Part shown: positions 10,367-20,816 of the stretch, piece after piece
How positions within the stretch are numbered: position 1 is the first letter of the stretch
Layout: each line of letters opens with the position of its first letter
From: a virus
Lineage: Duplodnaviria; Caudoviricetes
Virus record (IMG/VR): IMGVR_UViG_3300020192_000279
Coordinates: 43,016 to 107,015 of that record
Reading direction: 5' to 3' (one strand)
Length of the DNA: 64,000 nucleotides
Made by a program: the position numbers and the translations under genes
Notes under the pieces: model-generated
The model's input: only the letters and a program-made list of their open reading frames with translations
Told to the model about the DNA's origin: nothing
The model's database searches: none

Positions 10367-10746
10367 TGAATACATTCCGCCTTACTTTTCAAGAGTATCA
10401 AAAGCTTGCTGCCGCTACCGCAGTTTATCCTTTTGTTGGGGTCAGTCCAAATAGTGTTGGTGAGACTGCACATTGTGAAAACTACATTTATCCTGCTCTT
10501 GGATTATGTGGAGAGGCTGGTGAAGTAGCTGAAAAAATCAAGAAGATTATTCGTGATAAAGGTGGTGCAGTATCAATAGAAGATAAGATGGCTATTGCCA
10601 AAGAGCTTGGCGACGTTATGTGGTATCTTGCCGCTCTATGCAAAGAACTTGATCTTGATATGGGTGAAGTCGCTCAATGTAATCTTGACAAGCTTGCTGC
10701 TCGTGCATCAAAAGGAACTCTTGGTGGAAGCGGTGATAGCAGATGA
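10363..10746 (+). CDS. MazG-like NTP pyrophosphohydrolase
   Basis: LGLCGEAGEVAEKIKK, ELGDVMWY, N..KL..R, GSGD.R. Confidence 0.92.
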   Translation: MMNTFRLTFQEYQKLAAATAVYPFVGVSPNSVGETAHCENYIYPALGLCGEAGEVAEKIKKIIRDKGGAVSIEDKMAIAKELGDVMWYLAALCKELDLDMGEVAQCNLDKLAARASKGTLGGSGDSR

Positions 10747-11036
10747 GACGCATTGGTGATGGAACTCCTGTAGACAAGAAGGTGTTTACGTGCCCGCAAT
10801 GCTTGCGGATACGTATGACTCGTCCATTGGATCATACAGTGTCTCTTGACAAACAAGAATTCAAGACGAAAGATGGTTCGTCTATTTTGTTAATGATTGA
10901 CACTTGCGACTCTTGCGTCGCAAGGAATTATCGTAGGTATTTTGAACCAACGAGAGCAGACATTCGCAAAGTTCTCAGGGCTATGAATGATGAGGCTCGG
11001 GTGTCGCCTGATGTATCGCTAGAAGAATTGCTGTAG
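10743..11036 (+). CDS. Hypothetical Zn-binding protein
   Basis: CPQC...CDSC, coupled to neighbours. Confidence 0.55.
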   Translation: MRRIGDGTPVDKKVFTCPQCLRIRMTRPLDHTVSLDKQEFKTKDGSSILLMIDTCDSCVARNYRRYFEPTRADIRKVLRAMNDEARVSPDVSLEELL

Positions 11037-11037
11037 T

Positions 11038-12264
11038 ATGGTCAAACACGCAAATTTGTGGTTTGAATCGTGCCCAACCAAGCGTGAACTCACGTCTGGA
11101 CTGATAAAGAATGTTGACACGCTCATCATCGGTGGCGGACTCGCCGGGGTGAGCTTGCTTTATAATCTTGTCAATAGCGGCATGGTCAATACATATCTCG
11201 TTGAAGAAAACTCTGTTGGGTTTCATGGGTCCGGTCGTGGCATGGGACAGCTTATGCTACGCGGTAGCAAGCTCTTTCATGAAATGCCAGATGGTGAAGA
11301 GTACCTGAATTTCGTTAGCGACAATAACTGTCGTTTCTTGAAAGGGTTACGAGCACTGTCCTTTGATCATGACCTTCGTGAAACTGGTGGTCTAAGACTT
11401 GCTGTGAACGATCAAGAGATGGCGTTGCTTGAACATGAATCATGGTTTATTCAACAGGTGCGTGGGATCGACTGTCCAATTCTTTCGAGACGACAGTTAG
11501 ATTTACTAGTACCAGCTAAACATTTCATAGGCGGTATGTTTGTTCCTAATGAAGCTTCGTACAATCCATACAAAGTTGTGAATGGTTTGCGAGATACTGT
11601 TGAAAAAAACGGATTTCGTGTCTTTACTAACACTCAGGTAGAATCTGTACTTGCAAACGACGATGGAAGTTTAACTGTTTTAATTCGTCATCGTGGCACC
11701 ATTCGAGCCAAACAAGTAGTGTATTGTCTTGGTGGATATACGAGTAGACTGCTACCAGAATTTGCGGACGTGCTTGTTCCATTTAGAGAGCAAGTAGTTG
11801 CTACCGATTATCTTGAAAACGACGCTGTACAGACGCTCCCGACTATGAGCATTTCATGCAATAATGGTCAGGAGCGATTTCGTCAGTACGCGAGTCGTTT
11901 CCTTATGGGAGGCATGCGACAGTCTGTGCGAGGCCAACAAGAAGGTCTCGTATACGACGGAGAGATTAGTTCTGCGGTGTATGAAAAACTTCGTGTATTC
12001 GCCATCGAATCTTTTCCAGTCTTAAAACATTCTAAGTTCAGTCATGTCTGGTCAGGTGTTTTCTGTGGCACCAAAGATGATAAGCCATTGATTGGTCCGG
12101 TACCAAATCGCCCCAATCAATACATGATGACTGGTTTCGGTTGTTATGATTCTAGCAACGCAATTCTCGGCAGTATGTTGATCAAGGATTACATTAAGCA
12201 CAAGGGCTCGGCTGGGCCGGGCCACCAAATTTTGCATCCAGGACGCTTCTTTAATGAAATCTAA
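11038..12264 (+). CDS. FAD-dependent oxidoreductase (DAO/PuuB family)
   Basis: IIGGGLAG, SGRGMG, HVWSG, D.KPLIG. Confidence 0.85.
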   Translation: MVKHANLWFESCPTKRELTSGLIKNVDTLIIGGGLAGVSLLYNLVNSGMVNTYLVEENSVGFHGSGRGMGQLMLRGSKLFHEMPDGEEYLNFVSDNNCRFLKGLRALSFDHDLRETGGLRLAVNDQEMALLEHESWFIQQVRGIDCPILSRRQLDLLVPAKHFIGGMFVPNEASYNPYKVVNGLRDTVEKNGFRVFTNTQVESVLANDDGSLTVLIRHRGTIRAKQVVYCLGGYTSRLLPEFADVLVPFREQVVATDYLENDAVQTLPTMSISCNNGQERFRQYASRFLMGGMRQSVRGQQEGLVYDGEISSAVYEKLRVFAIESFPVLKHSKFSHVWSGVFCGTKDDKPLIGPVPNRPNQYMMTGFGCYDSSNAILGSMLIKDYIKHKGSAGPGHQILHPGRFFNEI

Positions 12265-12727
12265 ACATAGAAATTCAGATGGTAAACGTTATTATGATAT
12301 TAAAGGCGATCCCATGGCCTTAGATCAACGTAGAGAATTAAGGCTATCATATGATAGTAGGTTATGGAATAAAGCAGTGAAGGCTTATAGTGCTCTTGTA
12401 AAGAAAGACTCTGAGCGTGGCCATACTGCCATTACATTTGGCTATCCATTTAAAGTACTAACGCTACAAGAGTATTTGCAGATCGTTATACTTCCGTGTT
12501 ATTATTGTGATAACGTTCCTTCGCTTGGTGCAGACAGAATGGATAATGATATGGGTCATTGGTCATCTAATGTTGTGCCATGTTGTGAAAAATGTAATGT
12601 CATATTAGGTACATTACCATTTAATGTGAAAGAAAATCTTAAGGATGGTCTAAAGAGGTCCGTGAAGGACGGCTTATTAGACGCCTGGACGCCCATATAC
12701 AAGACAAAGAAAAAGAGTTGGCTATGA
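12254..12727 (+). CDS. HNH endonuclease
   Basis: CYYC..GADRMDN..GH...NVVPCC..CN. Confidence 0.75.
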   Translation: MKSKHRNSDGKRYYDIKGDPMALDQRRELRLSYDSRLWNKAVKAYSALVKKDSERGHTAITFGYPFKVLTLQEYLQIVILPCYYCDNVPSLGADRMDNDMGHWSSNVVPCCEKCNVILGTLPFNVKENLKDGLKRSVKDGLLDAWTPIYKTKKKSWL

Positions 12728-14604
12728 AACTTGAAGGCTTAAGTCACGAAATCTTTACTCAACGTTATGCTATGCCAACTGAGCGAGAATGGAGTCAGTG
12801 TGCTCGTAGAGTCAGCGAGAATATTGCTCGTGAAGAAAAAGACGACGTTCAGAAACACTGGTCTAATACGTTTTACGAAGTCATAAATAATGGATGGTTT
12901 ATGCCGGGTGGTCGTATTCTTTTTGGTGCTGGTCGTAGACAATTTAATATGTTGAATTGCTATAGATTACATCCAGAGGACACGGTTGAAAGTATTGGCA
13001 ATACAATCAAGGAAACGTACATCATTTCTTGCGGTGGTGGCGGCATTGGGTTCAATTTTTCCGACATTCGCCCCAAGGGAGACAACATTCAGAACATATC
13101 CCACTCTGCTCCCGGTGCTGTTTCTGTTATGAGAATGATCAATGAAGTTGGCGAGCACGTTCGTAGCGGTAAAAATAGACGTACGGCACTTATTGCTATT
13201 TTGAATGTAACTCATCCAGACCTACTTGATTTCTTGCACGTCAAGTTAGATCTCAATGAGCTTACTAATTTCAATATCAGTATCGGTATCACCAATGATT
13301 TTCTAGACGCTGTGAGAAAAAATCTTGAATGGACGTTTCGCTTTCAAGGACGTGAATATCATGTTTACGATATTGATCGCACAAACACAATTGGTACAGA
13401 TACTGTACGTGTTGTGGGGTTAAACACAGAAGACGCCTTAGGTCGAGCAAAGCATCACCATAGAATCACTCAGGATGATAAGCTTGACAATGTACGTGTT
13501 TACAAGCTTTATGCTCGTGAGATTTGGGACATCATGATTGTCAATAGCTGGAAGAGCGGCGATCCCGGTATTTACAATATTGACCTTGCTAACTCATATA
13601 CAAACGTTTCATATTTTGAATCATTGGACTCTCCTAATCCGTGTGGTGAAATTCCGTTGCCGCCATATGGCAATTGTTGTCTTGGCCACATCAATCTTTC
13701 TGAGATGGTTGATCATAAAAAACATGATGTGGATTGGAAACGTTTTGCAAATACTGTTCGTACGGGCATTAGATTTTTAGATAATGTTTTGTCTGCTAAT
13801 CATTATCCTGTACCAGAATGTAAGACGATTGGTCAGCGTAGTCGTCGTATTGGTCTTGGGGTTACTGGCTTACATTACATGTTGATTAAACTTGGTTATA
13901 AATATGGAGACGAAAAGTGCTTAGAGTTTCTAGAAAGATTATTTGCTACATTTAGAGACGAAGCTTACAAAGCCTCTGTTGAATTATCAAAAGAAAAGGG
14001 TGCTTTTTCAGCATTTGATGCTGAAAAATATTCACAAGAAGTGTTTTTTGCTCATTTGCCAGCACGTATTCAAACAGAGATAAAGAAGCATGGCGTACGT
14101 AATGCCGTGATGTTAACAATTGCACCCTGTGGAACCAATAGTATGGTGCTGGGAGTTTCTTCTGGTATTGAACCTATCTTTGCTCCACTCTATAAGCGTC
14201 GTTTTAAAGAGGGAAATATTTGGCGTGAAGAATTCGTAGCCGATTCTCTATTCGCTGAGTACTACAAAAACGGCAGGGATGTTAGCGTTTTCAAGGGTGC
14301 ATACGATATTTCAGTTAGAGATCACATCCGCGTACAGGCAACAATTCAGAAGTACATTGATTCTGCTATTTCCAAAACTACAAATCTACCCAATGATTAT
14401 CCTGTTGAACAACTAAGTGACGTCATTCTTGAGTTTGCTTCTTATGTTAAGGGTTTCACAATCTATCGTTCTGGCTCAAAAGGATCTGAGCCATTGCAGC
14501 CTATTGACATGAATGATCAAGCTGTGTTAGACTTCGCTATGGAGAGGGCTGGTCTAGGAGTTAAGAGTCTTGAGGCTTGTCGTGATGGACTTTGTGAAAT
14601 CTAG
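12724..14604 (+). CDS. nrdJ: Class II (B12-dependent) ribonucleotide reductase
   Basis: PGGRI, GGGIG, NPCGE, CCLG.INL, TIAP.GT, SKT.N, KG.TIYR; no beta subunit adjacent. Confidence 0.9.
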   Translation: MKLEGLSHEIFTQRYAMPTEREWSQCARRVSENIAREEKDDVQKHWSNTFYEVINNGWFMPGGRILFGAGRRQFNMLNCYRLHPEDTVESIGNTIKETYIISCGGGGIGFNFSDIRPKGDNIQNISHSAPGAVSVMRMINEVGEHVRSGKNRRTALIAILNVTHPDLLDFLHVKLDLNELTNFNISIGITNDFLDAVRKNLEWTFRFQGREYHVYDIDRTNTIGTDTVRVVGLNTEDALGRAKHHHRITQDDKLDNVRVYKLYAREIWDIMIVNSWKSGDPGIYNIDLANSYTNVSYFESLDSPNPCGEIPLPPYGNCCLGHINLSEMVDHKKHDVDWKRFANTVRTGIRFLDNVLSANHYPVPECKTIGQRSRRIGLGVTGLHYMLIKLGYKYGDEKCLEFLERLFATFRDEAYKASVELSKEKGAFSAFDAEKYSQEVFFAHLPARIQTEIKKHGVRNAVMLTIAPCGTNSMVLGVSSGIEPIFAPLYKRRFKEGNIWREEFVADSLFAEYYKNGRDVSVFKGAYDISVRDHIRVQATIQKYIDSAISKTTNLPNDYPVEQLSDVILEFASYVKGFTIYRSGSKGSEPLQPIDMNDQAVLDFAMERAGLGVKSLEACRDGLCEI

Positions 14605-14638
14605 TAGACATGAGACTGATCTTGGTCATAATATAGAC

Positions 14639-14911
14639 ATGCAGAACACACAAAAGTACGTTATGATCTTCGCTAGGGACGAGCAGGGTAACGAAATCAA
14701 ATATCGTTTCATGCTTTCCATTAGTAAGTCAATTAAGTCAGTCGAAGAGAAGCTTCTTAAGGCTGTGATGGGTACCGATGGAGTCGATCGTATCGAGATT
14801 CATGGTCGATACACGGCTGAGGTCGTGATCGCTCGTGCCTTTGATGCCGAAGAGGTATTAAAGGTACTCACGCCCAAGCTCGATGAAGTACTCAGCGACA
14901 TCATTGTATGA
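14639..14911 (+). CDS. Hypothetical protein, leaderless
   Basis: TAGACA-N16-CATAAT ends 6 nt before the ATG. Confidence 0.6.
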   Translation: MQNTQKYVMIFARDEQGNEIKYRFMLSISKSIKSVEEKLLKAVMGTDGVDRIEIHGRYTAEVVIARAFDAEEVLKVLTPKLDEVLSDIIV

Positions 14912-15537
14912 ATCAGCACACTAACGTAGTAGAACTGATCGGACATTATGGTGGTGACGAGTCACATGCTCTGTCTGCGTGGACTAGTACAAGCCGCGAT
15001 CTTACAGACGAGAAGCGTGGGCGTATGGGTCGTCTACTTGAATCTCTTGCTAAGGCAGGTCATCACACACCATTTGAAAAAAGTCAATTACATTTTCTTG
15101 TCACTTGTGATACCGCAAGTCACATTCATATCATTAAGCATCGCATCGGTGTTAGTGTGAATGCCGAATCTGCTCGTTACAAGGAACTCAAAGAAGACAA
15201 ATATTATCTGCCACAAGACTGGTCTCAAGAATCACGAGATGATCTTGAGTGTAGCATAAAGAAATGCTATGTGGAATACCACCGTTATGTGCGTGAGCTT
15301 GAAAAACAAGGCATTGACAAAAAACGTGCTAAAGAATCCGCACGCTTCATTCTTCCTTACGCTAATCAGTTGGTGCTTGATGTGAGTTTTAACTTTCGTT
15401 CCTTTATGCACTTCCAAGGACTGAGAAATAACGAACATGCTCAGCTAGAGATTCGGACAATCGCTCAACAAATGTTGCGTTTAGTTAAAGACACTGGTCA
15501 GTTTGACATGTCATTGAAGGCATTTGAATATGCTTAA
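14908..15537 (+). CDS. thyX: FAD-dependent thymidylate synthase
   Basis: H.TPFE, KHR......ESARY, ESARFILP, N.RS..HF..LR, HAQ.EIR. Confidence 0.95.
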   Translation: MNQHTNVVELIGHYGGDESHALSAWTSTSRDLTDEKRGRMGRLLESLAKAGHHTPFEKSQLHFLVTCDTASHIHIIKHRIGVSVNAESARYKELKEDKYYLPQDWSQESRDDLECSIKKCYVEYHRYVRELEKQGIDKKRAKESARFILPYANQLVLDVSFNFRSFMHFQGLRNNEHAQLEIRTIAQQMLRLVKDTGQFDMSLKAFEYA

Positions 15538-15563
15538 CTTATGGTCTAATTGACGTTCTTTCA

Positions 15564-15586
15564 AGACCCGCTAAAAGCGGGCCTTA
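15564..15586 (+). terminator. Probable terminator hairpin after thyX
   Basis: CCCGCT-AAA-AGCGGG inverted repeat; weak U tract. Confidence 0.45.
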
Positions 15587-15640
15587 GTGTATTCATCTAA
15601 GGTCGGGTATCGTTTTTGTACCTTTTCAAGGAAGTTCAGT

Positions 15641-16087
15641 ATGACCTCAATAGTAGCATCAATCGTAGGCAGTGGAACATTGCATTTTACTCGTGCAATT
15701 CTTCCACCTTCTCAGCGTGGCACCCAACTTGGTTCCGAGGGTGTTCGCACCGGAACACAGGTAATGATTGGCAACCCCGAAGACATGAATTCGGTTGATG
15801 CCTTTGCCGTCTCTGGTGTGTCGCTGGCGGGAACTCCTGTGCTAATCTGGGGACCGGGTATTAGCTCTTTACCTAGACAGCGAGAAGTGACGATTAAAAA
15901 TCAAGGACCGGGCTCTGTTTACATTGGCCCAAACTCAACTGCTGTCATTACACCCAGTGGTTTCCAGATCAATCCACCTACGGCGAACAACACGTTCAAC
16001 GAAGTAAAGCTTCCATTCTTGTGGAACGTAGACATTTGGGCTAGAGCAGATGGTGCCGGTGCGTCGGTAACTATTATCGCTTACTGA
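15641..16087 (+). CDS. Putative virion beta-sandwich protein
   Basis: R.V.IKN.G...VYIG....T...GF motif shared with next ORF. Confidence 0.55.
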   Translation: MTSIVASIVGSGTLHFTRAILPPSQRGTQLGSEGVRTGTQVMIGNPEDMNSVDAFAVSGVSLAGTPVLIWGPGISSLPRQREVTIKNQGPGSVYIGPNSTAVITPSGFQINPPTANNTFNEVKLPFLWNVDIWARADGAGASVTIIAY

Positions 16088-16114
16088 TGACACAACCCCT
16101 TTAAAGGGGAGCCC

Positions 16115-16549
16115 ATGTCCTTAGAATACAGCACAATTATTGGCTCAGGTACAACTCCTCATCTAGCACCGTCGCCGGTCTATAACTTTCTAGATGGTAC
16201 GTTTCCGATTCCTGATCAACGCACGGACCTTCGTGCCCGTCGTGGCGAAGGCACCGTCATTCTCAATCCCGAGAACTTCTCGGTGTCGATTGGATTGCGT
16301 CAGCAGGCCATATCTGTTTCAAGCGAAATAGCACTGCCGCTAAATCCCCTAGAGAATAGACGTGCTCTTGTTTTGCACAACGCTGGTCCAGGTATACTGT
16401 ATATCGGATTATCTGGTGTCACTACTATTGATGGTTTCCCAATTGCTGTAAATGAAAAGATAGCAATTGACTGCCAGGGAACCCCGAACGTAACCCTTTA
16501 CGGCGTCTCTGACTCGACTTGCGATGTCAGAGTGCTTGAGTTTGCGTAA
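16115..16549 (+). CDS. Putative virion beta-sandwich protein (paralog)
   Basis: RRALVLHNAG...LYIG..VT..GFP. Confidence 0.55.
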   Translation: MSLEYSTIIGSGTTPHLAPSPVYNFLDGTFPIPDQRTDLRARRGEGTVILNPENFSVSIGLRQQAISVSSEIALPLNPLENRRALVLHNAGPGILYIGLSGVTTIDGFPIAVNEKIAIDCQGTPNVTLYGVSDSTCDVRVLEFA

Positions 16550-16941
16550 TGGTCAGCATTGGCGGTATCGTATCGCTTGGCGGGGGCACAAGCGGTGGGG
16601 GCGGCGGGTCTACATCCGGCATCCAGTCTATCAACGGCCAGACTGGCCCGACTGTTTCATTCACTGGCGTCAACGGCATTGTAGTGACCGCTGGCGGCAA
16701 CCAGATTGTTATCGACGGTGCGGGTGCATCAGGCGTAACGAGCAAGTTCGCACAGTCCTTTTCTTCTATTTCAAGTGGATTGTTTACGCATGGATTAGGT
16801 ACTTTAGATGTGCTGGTTCAGGTGTACGATAATGGCTCTCCTAGACGTGCCATGATGCCTGACGATATCATTATTGAGAATACTACACAAGTGTCACTAA
16901 TCTTCAATACTCCACAATCTGGACGTGTTGTGATTGTTTAG
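16549..16941 (+). CDS. Putative tail-fibre-associated protein
   Basis: SINGQTG repeat; C-terminal H.LGT.DV.VQVYD domain; ends TAG. Confidence 0.6.
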   Translation: MVSIGGIVSLGGGTSGGGGGSTSGIQSINGQTGPTVSFTGVNGIVVTAGGNQIVIDGAGASGVTSKFAQSFSSISSGLFTHGLGTLDVLVQVYDNGSPRRAMMPDDIIIENTTQVSLIFNTPQSGRVVIV

Positions 16942-16965
16942 TGTAATTATATTTGGAGGAACACC

Positions 16966-17736
16966 ATGGTAAGACTAAATGGCGATCTCATTCCCGGTAG
17001 TAGTGGTCAAGCACATTTGGGCGTGAACGGTGGCGTAGGCGATGCATTTGATATAACCACGCTAACACCGTTTGGTCATATTCATATGAACTCTGGCGTC
17101 TGGCACGATCCTATGACGGGTCAATCAGGCGTCCTTAGATACAGCCAAGCCGCTAGTGCGTTCCAGATCTCCATCGACGGTGGTAGAACGTTCAACGACT
17201 TGGTGACTGGTGCCACGACAGTGGCATCTGTTGGTGTAATTGGTGGTGCTAATCTCACCGGCAACATCGACCTAGCGACCCAAGCGAGCGGCTTCCTTGC
17301 TATCTTTGACACTGCTGGTGCAAGCCCAATCAATTTTGCCGTTAATCATCTAGGTCTATCTGGCTTGTGGAGATTCCCAACACAAGGCTTCAATGGATCT
17401 GTTGTCAATCAATTGACAGACTTTAATGGCACGACAGTACAGGGCTCAGTCAGTGTAGTTGGTGCCTCTGGTGTTGTTGTTGATATTATTGGTCAAGTTA
17501 TGACCATTACCGCTGGCAATACACTTCTAAGATCATTTGCTCAAACCTTTGTTGCTGCTACGTCTTGGACCGTCACGCACAATCTTGGTACGGCTGACGT
17601 ATCTGTTGATGTATACGACTCAAGTAGTCCACGCCTAGCAATCATTCCTGATGCTATCGCTATTACGGACACCAATACTGTAACGGTGACATTTAACGTT
17701 GCTCAAGCTGGACGAATTATCATCACAGGATTCTAA
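16966..17736 (+). CDS. Putative tail-fibre protein
   Basis: G/S/T-rich, C-terminal VTHNLGT.DV.VDVYD domain, GGAGG RBS. Confidence 0.6.
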   Translation: MVRLNGDLIPGSSGQAHLGVNGGVGDAFDITTLTPFGHIHMNSGVWHDPMTGQSGVLRYSQAASAFQISIDGGRTFNDLVTGATTVASVGVIGGANLTGNIDLATQASGFLAIFDTAGASPINFAVNHLGLSGLWRFPTQGFNGSVVNQLTDFNGTTVQGSVSVVGASGVVVDIIGQVMTITAGNTLLRSFAQTFVAATSWTVTHNLGTADVSVDVYDSSSPRLAIIPDAIAITDTNTVTVTFNVAQAGRIIITGF

Positions 17737-17737
17737 C

Positions 17738-19192
17738 ATGGCGAGAGAAACTGGTGACTTGTGGCCGCAGTCTAGTGGTTCTGCATCTTTAGGTGCGGAG
17801 ATGAGTAATGGTGGATTTACTGGAGCGATACGTCCATTCGCTCATGTACATATGTACAGTGGTATATTTCATAATTCACTTGTTAATAGTTCTGGTATCA
17901 TTAGATTAGATAAAGGCAAGGGATTTTTTAATGCACTTGCTCCATCTTTTTCATTTTCTTTTAATGGCGGGAAGAATTTTCCGTTGGAAATTGGTGGTGC
18001 TTCATCACAACCAGTATCAGAAGCTGCGTATATTGAGACACCAAGAGGAGACTTGCGTCTTACTGCAAGCGGCACTTTAACGCTTTTAAGTCTTAATAGC
18101 GACATTGGCGTTCTAACAAGTAATGGAAGTGTTGCAATTCAGACTATTGGTACTGGTAACGAAATCCATTCCATTAAAGGTTTTATTTCATTACAGACTT
18201 TGACTGGGGATATAGTCATTAATAGTGCTGGCAGTGCTACACTACAAGCTTTTAGTAATAGCGGTGTTCTACTTTATCAGTTTGGTCCATACCAATCTTG
18301 GTACATGAAGACTACCCACGCTAACACTGGCGGTCCATTCAACGATGGCTACTGGCCTATTGCTCACTCGGGTAACGTTAGTCAAATGATCAATCAGGCC
18401 GTACTCGGCCTGAGCAGCGGATTGCAGGTCGCCTATAATGGTGGTCGTCGTATCATCACGAACAGTACAATAGGCGACCTGGAGTTCGTCTCCGATACAG
18501 CCAAGACTAAGTTCGCTGGTACGACTCGTGCATCATTGAATATGTCTGGTGTATTGACACGTCCTAGTACGTCGCTTGAAATTGGCGATATGTGGATGTA
18601 TGATAACAGTGCTATTGAGGCACTTGGCAATAATACAAATGCCTCTAGTCGTGCTGAGTCTACCGCTAAGGCTCTTGGATTAGCTACGCTATGTTATAAC
18701 ACTGGTTCTGGCGTCATTAATGTCTCGAATGGATCGGGCATTGTTCAGTACTTTAATACCGGCACCATGCAGGTGACTTTAGTTGCTCAGGTCATTCCGT
18801 TCAATACGGACTTTCCTATTAGTGACAGGAATTATGGACTCGGTACTGGTTCTGCTAGCGGTCAAGTGACTATCTTTTCGCCAGGGCTCTATCGTGCAAC
18901 CTATAAAATTCTATTGAACAAGACAGTCGGCACTACTCCACAAACTTGTATTATAAGTGCACGCCAAAATGGTAGCAATCTTTTGGGATCTGCTACTAGT
19001 ACATTCCATTTCGATAATACAACAGCGGCTCAAAATGCTGGTAGTGCTGTCGTGTTATTTAATGCAAACGCTGGAGACACTTTTGACATAACTGTATTAT
19101 CAAGTCTTGATGGAGCGAACAACGTTACTCTCGGTGTTCGTGGTGCCTTAGTGCAGATTGATAAAATTGGCCCCAAACGTGGAAGGTTCTAA
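17738..19192 (+). CDS. Putative fibre/adhesin with C1q/BclA-like C-terminus
   Basis: G/S/T-rich; IPFN..VTI.SPGLY..Y..AGD C-terminal pattern. Confidence 0.55.
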   Translation: MARETGDLWPQSSGSASLGAEMSNGGFTGAIRPFAHVHMYSGIFHNSLVNSSGIIRLDKGKGFFNALAPSFSFSFNGGKNFPLEIGGASSQPVSEAAYIETPRGDLRLTASGTLTLLSLNSDIGVLTSNGSVAIQTIGTGNEIHSIKGFISLQTLTGDIVINSAGSATLQAFSNSGVLLYQFGPYQSWYMKTTHANTGGPFNDGYWPIAHSGNVSQMINQAVLGLSSGLQVAYNGGRRIITNSTIGDLEFVSDTAKTKFAGTTRASLNMSGVLTRPSTSLEIGDMWMYDNSAIEALGNNTNASSRAESTAKALGLATLCYNTGSGVINVSNGSGIVQYFNTGTMQVTLVAQVIPFNTDFPISDRNYGLGTGSASGQVTIFSPGLYRATYKILLNKTVGTTPQTCIISARQNGSNLLGSATSTFHFDNTTAAQNAGSAVVLFNANAGDTFDITVLSSLDGANNVTLGVRGALVQIDKIGPKRGRF

Positions 19193-19193
19193 T

Positions 19194-19517
19194 ATGTTTG
19201 CCGAAACCATTACAAGCTTTGGTGATATTGTAAGTATACTGGTGCAACAATACGGCATTACAGGGCTAGCATTTGGTGGACTCTTGTGGCTTCTATGGAA
19301 GAACAAGAAGGACGCTGACGTGCGTATCACAGAGCTTGAGCGTGCAGCAGACTCTTATCAGTCTGGTCAAGTTGCCAACTACAAAGAGATGATCATAGAA
19401 TATGTTGATCTCGTTAAGGGGAACACAGACATGCTCGCTAAGCTAACTACCTGTCTTGAGTCAATGAATAATACTCTACTTAGGCTAGAAGATAAGAAGC
19501 AAGAAAAGCAAGAATAG
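19194..19517 (+). CDS. Membrane protein, holin-like
   Basis: One N-terminal TM helix plus coiled coil. Confidence 0.4.
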   Translation: MFAETITSFGDIVSILVQQYGITGLAFGGLLWLLWKNKKDADVRITELERAADSYQSGQVANYKEMIIEYVDLVKGNTDMLAKLTTCLESMNNTLLRLEDKKQEKQE

Positions 19518-19524
19518 AAACACT

Positions 19525-19556
19525 CGGGGCCGCGATAAGCGGCCCCGGTTGTTTTA
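19525..19556. terminator. Terminator between convergent gene blocks
   Basis: CGGGGCCGC-GATAA-GCGGCCCCG followed by GTTGTTTT. Confidence 0.8.
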
Positions 19557-19793
19557 CACGATGTTTGGTTTGGCGTTGTTAGGATCGCCTCGCTTCTCGA
19601 TCCTCTCTTTGTCCGCAGCTACACTCGCTTCGGGCGTCATTACGCACGCACCAAACGGTTTACGTTCTGGGCGTCCAAAGAAGGCCATGATCTCAGTCCT
19701 GAGACTTGCACGCACCTCTTGTGGTACATTGAATTGTTCTAAGCGTTCACGCAGAATGCGATCCAGCGTGAGTCCATTGTCATTACTGTTCAT
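19554..19793 (-). CDS. Hypothetical protein
   Basis: ORF coupled to upstream gene. Confidence 0.5.
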   Translation of the reverse strand: MNSNDNGLTLDRILRERLEQFNVPQEVRASLRTEIMAFFGRPERKPFGACVMTPEASVAADKERIEKRGDPNNAKPNIV

Positions 19794-20289
19794 TTTTCCA
19801 CATTCTTTTAAAGCGGTTGATAGTACGTCTCTTGAATGAGCGTGCTTGATCTTTATCTATCTTATCTAGTTTGGCAGCCAACTCACTAACCTTTGAGTGG
19901 TCCTTGGGAGCCAATAGATCCTCTCCATCCCTAACCTTTGCCTTAACATATTCGGCTGTCTTCTTACGAAAGAAGACGAGCGATCGAATAGTGGGCACCA
20001 ATTCACGACGAATAGTTTGTTGCCACCTGCGACAAGTATCGTCGAGCGGCGGGACCTGACTGTTAAGTTCATCTATGATTCGCGAGTCATTGTATACCAT
20101 CACGTCACCCTGAATGCCTTGTTTTCGAGCCACTTCCTTGAGGGCTAGAAATAACACCTTATAGGTGTGGTGAATCTCATTAAAGATAGGATGGCCACGT
20201 TCATCCGTTGCCGGGGTGCATTTGAAGCTAGCTTCAACGCCTTCCCCGGCAACATAGTAACCATCTTTGGTAACAAAGACCGTGATCAT
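19783..20289 (-). CDS. Degenerate RNase H-like fold protein
   Basis: V.VYNDSRII..LN resembles RNase HI motif. Confidence 0.4.
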   Translation of the reverse strand: MITVFVTKDGYYVAGEGVEASFKCTPATDERGHPIFNEIHHTYKVLFLALKEVARKQGIQGDVMVYNDSRIIDELNSQVPPLDDTCRRWQQTIRRELVPTIRSLVFFRKKTAEYVKAKVRDGEDLLAPKDHSKVSELAAKLDKIDKDQARSFKRRTINRFKRMWKNEQ

Positions 20290-20816
20290 TGTGCCGAACG
20301 ACAGAAGTCAGCTTTCATTTCCGTAGCCTGTGCTTGCTCGACTGGCGTAACTACGCCAGCAGTGCGTAGAGCGTTAGCAACAATAGTCAGTACTTCTTGG
20401 GTACGTGGCGAGAGTTCAAACACATTCGTCTCGGGATTCAACCATTCCAAGGCACCACGAGCTAGCAATTCTTGTTCGACAACAAGCAAGATGAATTCAA
20501 CTTCATCATTATCAAAGCCAGCCTTACGAAGAGCCGGAACAATCAAGGACTTCACTCCACCAGCAATGGGTTCGCCCTTAATGCCATCAATGATTGCGGC
20601 CACAACGCCGAGTTGATCATGAGTGACAAGGTCCTCCTGTAGAAGGCGGGTAGCACCAATCTTCACACCCAACTGAATGTACAGCTTCCACTTGCTGTAT
20701 TCAAGTTCGGTCATCTCTTCAATCTGCTTAACTCCACCCCCTCCGGTGTTGACGCACGATACGAATCCGCTCGATAGAGCGGCACAAAATACCAACACTG
20801 TTACAATTTTCTTCAT
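20286..20816 (-). CDS. Putative lipoprotein
   Basis: Signal peptide MKKIVTVLVF...FVSC. Confidence 0.6.
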   Translation of the reverse strand: MKKIVTVLVFCAALSSGFVSCVNTGGGGVKQIEEMTELEYSKWKLYIQLGVKIGATRLLQEDLVTHDQLGVVAAIIDGIKGEPIAGGVKSLIVPALRKAGFDNDEVEFILLVVEQELLARGALEWLNPETNVFELSPRTQEVLTIVANALRTAGVVTPVEQAQATEMKADFCRSAQ

